Source: Octopus vulgaris (taxonomy: Eukaryota). Taken from it: 64,000 nt of DNA. A program made the position numbers and the translations under genes. The stretch spans positions 202,802,001-202,866,000 of the forward strand of contig OX597815.1 in assembly GCA_951406725.2 (NCBI GenBank). Direction: 5' to 3'. The notes beneath the pieces are model-generated. The model had not been told where the DNA came from, made no database searches, and was given only the letters and a program-made list of their open reading frames with translations. Below are positions 52,711 to 64,000 of this stretch, one piece after another (position 1 is the stretch's first letter; the number at the start of each line of letters is the position of its first letter).

Positions 52711-53542
52711 ACATATTACTGGAATCATAGATAAGTCTGTCCGCTACAAATGTATCTTTCTTTGTTTCTTTTTTTGTTTTAAATTATACCCAAGAAGTTT
52801 AGTCGATTTCTAAGACAAAAAAAAAAAAACAAAGAAGAGAAAAGAAAAACCTGCTACCTGCGCAATAGATATGAATGATATTCTTGAAACTTGATGTCAG
52901 CCTTTCAAAAAACCGTTCTCTTTTCCACGGAAGACAACACGGTGATAGAAATCATTATTGGAATGATAACCCCTGAGGAAACTAATTCTCCGATAGCTCT
53001 TCTCAATTCAGAATGCCCACACTGATTCCAATCGGAAATTGTAAACTGCCCTTAGTAGTTAACATATTGGAAAAGTTCATGCCGCGAGAACTTGGCTTCA
53101 TGAAGTAAGCCAGTTGCACTTTCTTTTTCACTCAACATCTACAAGCACTGCTCGTTCAAAAATAATGTGAATAATGTTGTGTGTAACCCGGATATAGGAG
53201 TCAATTTCTCTTGTCCAGATTATCTCATACTCTTAAACATGCAGGCACTCATACACACACAGACACCAAAACAGGCGCATTCATACACATACACACACGT
53301 GTGTGTTGTGTATTTTCATGTGTATGTACATGTGTGCATGCGTGTGCATGTGTGTGTGTACATGTATACATATGTATATGAACGCACACGTGTATATATG
53401 GATGTCATTATTCAGTTTTATTTCAATATTTCTTGCCAATAGAGAAAGAGTCGTTTTCTAACATAGATCCAAGGCTCCTTCGTTGGAATTTCAACAATAT
53501 CAACAGGCTATTCTTTGCATATATATATATATATATATATAT

Positions 53543-53755
53543 ATTTCAAAGTAGAAAATTACCCTTTAACAGGTAATTTTTACATGCAAGAAATAGCAGC
53601 CAACACGGCCACAAACAACAATTGTGGAGCATGTAAAAATTACCTGTTAAAGGGTAATTTTCTACTTTGAAATATGAATATGTTATCTATTGACTTTTTA
53701 TAAATGCTGGGCCACTGGTGGGGATATTTATAACGAATATTCGCCACCCATAAAT
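53543..53755. repeat. Short repeat with ~55-bp inverted arms in (TA)n (family of 1793-2010)
   Basis: ATTTCAAAGTAGAAAATTACCCTTTAACAGGTAATTTTTACATGC and its reverse complement at 53629-53673. Confidence 0.7.
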
Positions 53756-53811
<56 letters not shown>

Positions 53812-54852
53812 GTGTGTGTGTGTGTTCGTTGATTCTGTAGTCTTCCAATCAGCTTTATCTATTCTGGTTATGAGAACTCTAATTTCTCAAGATTGTTACT
53901 TAAGCAATATGTTACATATTTCAGTGCTGCACTAATTACAGGTATAATCCTGAACTTTTAATCTAGGTAGAGTAACTGTCAGTTTATCAATAGTTCAGCG
54001 TAGGTATTCTATTTCTCACTGATCTTCAGCTTTATGTCAACATCTGCTGGGCAGCTGATTTCCACAACTGTACACAGTTTCTCTTCACATACTCAAATTA
54101 CCGTGTATGTATGTATGTATGTATGTATGTATGTATGTATGTATGTATGTATGTATGTATGTACGTACGTACGTAGGATGGATGGATGGATGGATGAATG
54201 GATGGATGAATGTATGGATTGATGGCAGAATTTGCGACATCCAACAATATCAACAAAGGGAACATGGTTGGAATTGTATATTCGCTGGTTCCCTCGGAAG
54301 ATCGCCTGTCGGAACACGTCTCAAAACAAAGGTATACACAAACACACACGCACACACACGCACATACTCACACATACACACACACTCGCACACACACACA
54401 TACAAGCATGCACACACATACATATGCGTGTGTATGTGTACGTGTCTGTGTATATGTTTGGTCCCCGCCACTGTGTCAGAATCGGTATTGGTCTGTTTAT
54501 GTACCCGTAACGTAGGGTGTTGACAAAAGAAAATGAAAAGATAAATACCAGGCTTAAAATTATAAGTATTCAGATAGATTCATTTGCCTAAGACTCTTTC
54601 AAGGTGATGCCCCAGTATGGCCGCAGTCTATTGAAACAAATGGCAACAGTCGATTGAAACAATTTTAAAAAATTAGAAGTAAATTTCTTGCGTTATTACA
54701 GCAATTTTATCGGCTCCCGACTAATCACATAAATAATTAGTTTCAGTTTAAGTTAGGTATACTTAGAAAGTAAAACTTGACAAATAAATGACAGGAACAG
54801 TGATTTGTGAAACAGAAGTGTTATTTGATTAGTTCGCGTCTTGCTGGCAGAA

Positions 54853-55068
54853 GGCGGCGAGCTGGCAGAAACGTTAGCACGCCGGGCGAAATGCGTAGCC
54901 GTATTTCGTCTGTCGTTACGTTCTGAGGTCGACTTTGCCTTTCATCCTTTCAGGGGTCGATAAATTAAGTACCAGTTTCGCACTGGGGTCGATGTACTCG
55001 ACTTAATCCGTTTGTCTGTCCTTGTTTGTCCCCTCTATGTTTAGCCCCTTGTGGGTAATAAAGAAACA
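54853..55068 (+). mobile_element. SINE family B
   Basis: Matches 30647-30878 with a small deletion. Confidence 0.9.
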
Positions 55069-57181
55069 GATACTTATATCACAGCTACATGCAGAGGATT
55101 AATTGTAATCAAGTGAGACACCCCTAGAATATCAAAAGTAGTATTTTTATATATTCTGCACAAATGAAAGAAAAACTAGGCCCCACAGGATTCGAACTAA
55201 GGTTTAGCCCCATGAAACTATAGCTATATAGTAGAGTACATCACCAGTTCTGCTGTATTTACGTTTTCATCAGTCAGCCTCTTTGAGAACACTATCATGT
55301 CTGGGATGCCTTCAGCGAAATCCACTGTTTTGAAAATTTATAGACGTCTCGAATCTGATGATAATTTTGATATCTTCACCCATTACTTCTGTACGCGAAA
55401 TGCGGTCGATTTTCCTCGCGCCCTCTAACATTCTCGGATGAACAGAAAAAAAATTGCGTCCCTTTTTTTCATCTAAATTCATAATAATAAAAGACGAATC
55501 GCAGGTGTATCTCTGTGTTTAAGAAGTTCGCTTTGGAACGGATAGGTATTGATATCCGTCCCATTGCTCGGTATCTTGAGCAATGTCTTGTACAATAATC
55601 TTGGGCCAGCAAATATTTGTGAACAGGTTTGATAGACGGAAATTGTGCGGAAGCTCGCGTTTAATATGCATGTTTTGTTTGCGCCTAGTCTCTCAGTATT
55701 GTTTGCATCCCCGAAGCACTGTAATCGATTTTATGGGCTAGAGATTTTAAGGAGCTACCCCCCAGCAGAGTAGTAGTCTTAAGGTTGAGACGAGTAACAT
55801 GAGAAAATATAATGCCTTGATACTTCTGATTTATTAAACATTGAACATACTTCTAAAATAAGGTAAATCTGCAGTTATTAGAAAACAGCATAAGTTTTCA
55901 AAATGTAAAGTCACGTGAACTCAACAAAATGAAAGTTCGACAAACTTCCAAATCTCAAGTGAGTAATACAAATCGGTGCCAAGAAACACTATTGCTTTTA
56001 ATAAGAGGCGGAGAGAAGCCAATTAGAATCTCATTGATATGATATATATATAGGCTGCTTATCTATTCTTCACGTTCTTTCGCTTTTTTGTTTTTGTTTC
56101 CTTTTTTTTGCTTTCTTCTTCTTTAACTGTCAGCATTGATAGGACTATCAAATAATCCGGTTCAAACATAATCACGTGAACAATATCCACAGAATCTTCT
56201 ACCACCTCAGATTTATTTCCTTTATTTTAACAATCACAGTAAAAATAATATTTTTTTCTGTACAGAACACGTTGAATGAATCTGCGTTCTTGTCTATTGA
56301 ATATAAGCTTTTGCAAACGACTCCAGGAGAGGATTTACTCCAGTAACCAACAAGTAAGTTGTCTGCGTTATTTCTTGTTTCATTACATTTCCTGATTTAT
56401 TTCACACTATAGTACATTTAATGTGATTTCATTAGTTGTATTGTTCAGATTATTTAATAATGAAAACAATATTTAATTACAATTATCACAAATGGTTATT
56501 TAATTAATACATTTGTTTACGACAAAAACAACTTTCATAAACAAATCTACATCAGAAAATTCTATATTGACTTCTTTATTGATTTAGTTTTCGCATAAAC
56601 ATAAATAAAACATCCAAAATTTCAGAAATACTGTTCATTTGCTTTCTGAAAAATACCGTTTTGGTATTGATTCTGTGTTCTTCTGTGGGTCATAAATAAT
56701 TCAATATGTTTTTTGAAAATTATAAAATAACTGAACTAACAGACTAATTTAATTTTATTTATATATTTAAAGTTTTGTAATGTTATAAGCAAAACTATTT
56801 TTAAATAAATGAGTTGACGGGAAGAACAAGAAAAGAAAAAAACATAATTCTTAGCAATATTGTTGGTGATAGTACAATGGTAATAACTTTTATTAGACTG
56901 TATTATATATATATATATATATATATATAGATGTATATATGTATGTATGTAAGTATGTATGTATGTATGTATGTATGTATGTATGTATGTATGTATGTAT
57001 GTATTTATGTATATATGTATGTATATATTCGTACGAATGTATATATGTTTAAATTTAATTGTTTCAGACTGCGGCCAGGTTGGGGTATTTAAATATATAT
57101 ATATATATATGTATTATATATGTTTATGTATATAAGTGTATAATATGTGTGGGTATGTGGGTGTAGATGGGGGTGTGTCTA

Positions 57182-57219
<38 letters not shown>

Positions 57220-57633
57220 TATATATTTATATATACATAGATGCACGCACTTATACACAGCGATTAGTGATTAGGAAGGGAGGAAATGTTAATGCAGTGC
57301 CAGCGGAATGCCAATTAAGTATATAAATAACACGTGACAAAATATTCACCATACAATTTACATTTAACACTGACATCTCTGCTCTCCATATCACTGCATG
57401 ACTCAGTTCCTACATATAAATCTGCAGAATAAACTAAAGAAAATAAAAATACTAGGGAATATTTACCCAAATTCTTTGATGCTCATCTAAATCGAACAAA
57501 TTAATAAATAATTAATGTTTTCAAATATAGGAACATTGTCTCGATATTTTTAAAAGTAAAGCAATACAAATATACATTACGCTAAAATATAACATCTTAC
57601 ACAAACTTCATAAAGGATCATATATATATATTA

Positions 57634-57714
<81 letters not shown>

Positions 57715-57717
57715 CAC

Positions 57718-57885
<168 letters not shown>

Positions 57886-57922
57886 GTATGTGTATATATA
57901 TGCTTGTGTGTATGTATGTGTG

Positions 57923-57953
<31 letters not shown>

Positions 57954-59399
57954 ATATGTATATTAATATACACAAGTTCTGAGGAAATTTACGAAAGTCT
58001 ATTCAGTATGTCATGTGTTTCTTTGTCAAAAATACAAGTAGAATTTAATGAAGGATGATTAAAAAGCATGAGGCTTTGAGATAATTAATAATAAGTAGAA
58101 AGAATTGGAGTTCAAAATTTTAAATCAATTATTTAAAATATTTAAGCGAAAAGTGTAAAAGAAATTTTCTTAGGAACTTGTTGGTGACCTGTTATTTATT
58201 TTTTGTCATATCCATTATATTTTATATGAATCGAGAGCCAGTTGTATGATATTACTAGTAGTCATACTACTGATTTCAGAATATACTCAAAATAATCTAG
58301 TCTATACAAACTTTGAGAATCGGATGTACAGATTTTTATGGCTATAAATCTCAAATACCTTCAAATTTTGAGGAAATTCAAATAGAAATTTATCATTTTG
58401 TTTTATTGTTGTACTCTTATTAATCGAGTGTAAGCCAGGCCTGTCGAAGATAAAATTATTATGACATCCGTTGCATATAGTTGTTGAAGAATTCTAATTG
58501 ACTCTAGAACTGAATTGATAGCTGCTCTATAAATTTAAATGTAAAACACAATATAATTTCACAAATTCAAAAACAATTATTGTGCATTTACATGTTAAAT
58601 ATATGCAGTGATCTTATGAGCCCACTTAAATAACGTACAAGGAAATTCTAAAAGTGACATTTCTGATATTAGAAAGTTATACAAAGTTTTAAAGATAATT
58701 GTAATTATACAAAATCTATAGAGTTTTACGTTATATCATTTTTATATAATATTCTCTTACTAAAGTATTTTGTCCGCCGAGGAATTATGTATTAAATAAT
58801 ATACATGACGGGTTATGAATGACGGTCCTTACATAATTTTCTTTAGTAAACCTATCAATAACGAACCTGTAATAACTACTGGAAACAGTTGTAAGTCAAC
58901 TTTATTGCAACAAGGAAGAATATGCAATGAGCATTATTTATGCATTGTCTTGTATATAACTTTGAGTAAAAGCCAGTATAACTTGAGCACAGCCACGGGT
59001 TACAATATGGAATGGTGATGAAGTATAATCTAGGAGCTTCCTAAAAGTATACGCAGAATTCTTTATAAATCTAAAAAATATTGCTAACCTAGTGTACTAA
59101 CAGAGAGCTTAAATGCGTATTTTAAGTTCAGATTAACTGTTACACCATGAGGATGGAGGAAGAGAATTGTTTGCATCCACATTGAAAAAAAAAACTTTGG
59201 TGGACAGATAAGGTGGATCCAACAGGAATGAAAATAAAATCATATAAAATGTCTAAAAAATTATAAAATTATAAACAAAATTAAAAACGTATGCACTTTT
59301 AACACACATCAAATATAACAAATAAATAAAAGTGGATTTTTAAAAATACTGTCCGATTTCATTTAAATAGACTGTTAATTCTAGGACATTCTGTATATA

Positions 59400-59437
<38 letters not shown>

Positions 59438-59552
59438 GGTCCCGGGTTGATTCGGGGTTAACCACAGTAAATAAGGTACTCAATACATAGCAGAGTAAAA
59501 TTAATTTATTATATAGAAATATATAATATAGAAATATATATATATATACATG

Positions 59553-59596
<44 letters not shown>

Positions 59597-59999
59597 TGTT
59601 ATATTCTATTAACAACATAGTAGAGTACAGTATAAAGTTTTATCCTGTGCTATTCAGTAGTAGTATTACACGAACTTCCAGGTTTGCTTTTAGGCATCTG
59701 TCGTGGCCTGAATTTAGTAGTAGTCACTGAGCTTATCAGGGCTTGTTGCCGCTGAATGGCCGTTGACAAACCGCTTTGGATGGTGATTCTGATACTGTTA
59801 AAGTGGTTGTTGTTGTAAAGGGATTGGCATTTGATTTCTATGCACTGTTGAGTTGTACTTTATGGTTGGTTACACAAGAATTGTCCTTAGCTGACCTATA
59901 AGATTTGGCCAATACGTACAGATAAGAGTTGGTTCACATATACGTACTAACGCTCCGACACAGATACATACACACATATATAAATATATACATATATTC

Positions 60000-60772
<773 letters not shown>

Positions 60773-60773
60773 G

Positions 60774-60884
<111 letters not shown>

Positions 60885-61089
60885 CAATTGTAATATTGGA
60901 CAAGCATAAATAAGCTCTTGCATCTCTTATCTACCATTTATAAAATTATTTTACTTTGTCTAGAATCTTCCTCAGTTTTGAATATCTTTATATTTCCTAG
61001 TTTGTTTCTTTGGGAGATGTGTGCTACAGAAAATATATATCTTCAACATCTGCATATATTTTTCTCTTGGTTAATATAACTTGAAAGGA

Positions 61090-61302
61090 AGGCTGCGACC
61101 CGGCAGAATCGTTAGCACGCAGAACAAACTGCTTAGTGACATTCTTCCCCCTTTTCGTTCTGGGTTCAAATTCCGCCGAGACTGACTTCGCCCTTAATCC
61201 TTTAGGAGTTGATAAAATAATTACTAGTCGAGCACCGGTGTTGATGTAATCGACCTTCCCACTCCCCTGAAATTGCTGGCCTTGTGCCAACATTTCAAAC
61301 CA
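61090..61302 (+). mobile_element. Old diverged SINE related to family B
   Basis: GGCAGAATCGTTAGCACG...GGTTCAAATTCCGCCGAG..TGACTTCGCC. Confidence 0.65.
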
Positions 61303-61307
61303 ATATA

Positions 61308-63152
61308 CACAGGACAAAATAAGTTTAAGACCTTCATTAAATTTAAAGTATACTAGCCATCTCAATATGGCTAACCACTAAGGGTGGGTGTTACTGTAGC
61401 TTTTAGCCCCAGGAGATCATCGTCTCCAGCTGGCTTTAGGCACACCATACGCGCACAGAAAGTGTGCCTAAAGCCAGCTGGAGACGATGATCTCCTGGGG
61501 CTAAATGCTACAGTAACACCCACCCTTAGTGGTTAGCCATATTGAGATGGCTAGTATACTTTACGTTGTCGAGCGGTTACTATTTACATCTCATTCAGAG
61601 ATTTATTATTGCCTTCATTAAAATATTTTTGACAAAACTGTATAAAATTATTTTACTTTTTACAGTTTATGTAGAATTTTTTCTCTTTCTCTTTCTACAA
61701 TTTTAATGTGTAATTAATTCAAATGATTGAAATTTGTCGACAAAAGAAGATTAAGACCGTACCAACATTATTTTGTTTAAATTGAGAATTTACGGTACAA
61801 ATGATCAGCGAGCAAAAATTTATTAGTATCAATTTTCATAGCCATTATTTTCAATTACGTCATTACAACGTTGGGACGTGGAGTTCGATGAGCACAGAAA
61901 CCTCTTGGAATGTTCGGTCATTTTTCTTCGATAAAATTATATAATTGGGACAAATTTGTTGGTTTTTAGCACGAGCTCTTTTTGAAACATAATTCCATAA
62001 ATTTTGTATCGGATTCAAATCCAAGTCTCTGCGGAGGCCTCTCAATAACCACCAAATTATTGCGCTCAAAATATTTTAAAACTTTCTTAGTCTTATGAAA
62101 AAGGCAATTGTTTTGCTGGAAAATAGATCCCGGTGGCATCTGATTATTTAAATATGGCAGCAGAGTTTCATTTCATAACTGCAGATAGCCTACATTGTTC
62201 ACTCTGCCATCGACCGTAACAATTGGACCCGTACCTAAGCTGCTGAACGCGGCCCACGGTATAACCCCTCACCTCCCGCTTGCGCTGCTTTCTTGACACT
62301 TAGGATGGAATTATTCAGTTGGACGGCGCCTAACATAAGTCTTTCCGTCTAATCCAAAGATGCAGAAGTGGGATTCGTCGCTCCAAAGTACTTTTGACCA
62401 GTCTTCGGTTGCTCATTCAATATGGGCTTTTATCCAACTTGATCCGCTTCCACCGGTTCGTCTCAGAAATTATCGGGTTCTCTCGAGTGATACGGTTGAA
62501 CAGTCCAAATTCTTTTAGGCAGTTTCTGACAGTTTGTGGTGTAAAGCTGATGTCAGTTTCATAAGATAATTGCTTGCAAATGTCCACTGCTGTTATCATT
62601 CGGTTACCCACAAAGAGTCTATGAATTCGCTGATCCATCTGTACTGTTGTTTTTCTCGGAGCGCCTGTTCTTTGCTGATCTTTGTATTGGCCAGTGACTT
62701 GCTAAAGCTTCCGTGCTTGAACACAAGGCGTTTTGCTGTATCCTAATTGCTTGTTCATGAAGGACACATTTTGCTGATGAAGCAATGCGATCTTTGATCT
62801 AGTTACTGGGCTGATATCAGACGCTTTCTCATAGCGAATTAATGTGTAAATGCTCGATTATTAAATAAAACAGTGAAGTACGACCAGCCATATGACCAGA
62901 CATTTGGTTTATAAATTTGCATAATTTTGGTATGGTCTTAAACTAATTTTGCCGACAATTTCTAATCATTTGAATTAATTGCGCATTAAAATCATTTGAA
63001 TTGCAAAAAGATGTATAACGCCTTTATCATTCGAAAGAGAAAAAATTCTACATAAACCGTCAAAAGAAAATAATTTTATACAGTTTTGTTCAAAATATAT
63101 TAATGGGGGAATCGAAATGTCATCATCGGTCTTAAACATATTTCGACCAGAG
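61308..63152 (-). mobile_element. Decayed Tc1-family transposon with long IR/DR-type TIRs and TA flanks
   Basis: Ends TA|CACAGGACAAAATAAGTTTAAGACC and GGTCTTAAACATATTTCGACCAGAG|TA; inner arms 61615-61770 / 62922-63105; transposase pieces KVLWSDESHF, IFQQNN, DLNPIQNLW. Confidence 0.85.
61344..61563. mobile_element. Near-perfect palindromic MITE inserted in the Tc1 left TIR
   Basis: ~102-bp arms with one mismatch and a 16-nt loop. Confidence 0.9.
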
Positions 63153-63530
63153 TAGCTCGAAAGCACAAATTACTTTGCCATATTATATACAGTGTACACA
63201 AATCTTCATTTATTTGTAATTAACAATATTTGATGAAGTCGTTTATATAATTTTTTTCTTTTTGTGTTAAGTCGTTTCTTATTTTGCTGCTCATTTTCAC
63301 GTTGAAGTATATTATATGCTACAGAAAATACATGCAACGTACCCATTGAAGAGTTGCAAAGGCACGCTACACATTGGAATACTAACTTTTTATGATGAGT
63401 TTTATTTACTTTTGTTGATAGAACTCTTTGTTCGACATGCTTTACCTTCGTATAACTTTGCGTCCTTCTGTTCATGCATTTGTACAAATATTATGTATGA
63501 CTTCATTATATACAACTCTACGTACTCACA

Positions 63531-63593
<63 letters not shown>

Positions 63594-63677
63594 ACACACT
63601 CACACACATACACACATACACACACACACACATATATATAACTTTTCATATGAGTATATATATATACTCATATATAC

Positions 63678-64000
63678 TCTTTGAAAATCAAAGAGCTGTG
63701 GAGGAACAATGGGTAATCAAAAACATCAAACAGAACCCAAAAGTGTTCTATTCTTATGCAAATAAGCATAGAACCACTGTCTCACCCATTGGGCCATTGA
63801 TTGATGATAACGGCATTCCCCAACACAATGCTAAAGAAATGGCAGAAATACTGCGGAAACAATACTGCTCTGTCTTTAGTGTTCCCACTGATATTGACGT
63901 AAGGGAAACGAACGAAGTTGACTCCCAACACAAAATCTCAGACATAACCTTCAGTGCCACCGACATCGTAGCAGCAATAAATGAGGTCAAACATTACTCT
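63678..64000 (+). mobile_element. CR1-group LINE ORF2 fragment (EN-RT linker), runs off the window
   Basis: Open frame IKNIKQNPKVFYSYANK...IGPLID..G......KEMAEILRKQYCSVFS...ISDITF...DIVAAI. Confidence 0.82.

Noticed and set aside
59640-59900. Minus-strand coding exon
   Set aside because: Stops in all frames after the candidate acceptor

Overview
AT-rich, microsatellite-dense animal DNA. The SINE families and repeat landscape look like an Octopus-type coleoid cephalopod (inference). I see no convincing host protein-coding exon; almost all short ORFs in the track are microsatellite or repeat artefacts. The centrepiece is a near-intact Penelope-like retroelement (PLE, 11128-16724, minus strand). 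It has an RT + GIY-YIG ORF, 552-bp direct pseudo-LTRs and an inverted arm. Upstream of the RT lies a long coiled-coil ORF1 broken by one TAA. An HIV-type U_UUU_UUA slippery heptamer sits in the ORF1/RT overlap in exactly the phase needed for a -1 ribosomal frameshift fusion. The element also carries a U3-A8 variant hammerhead candidate and a fixed-spacing CRE/CCAAT array. About ten further type I hammerhead motifs lie in short, often palindromic PLE remnants inside (TA)n tracts. Other content: R4/Dong fragments in (TAA)n, a decayed L1/Tx1 element whose family 3' end matches the tail of an abundant SINE, a decayed Gypsy, CR1-group fragments, mariner and Tc1 remnants, non-autonomous Helitrons, MITEs and three tRNA-derived SINE families.
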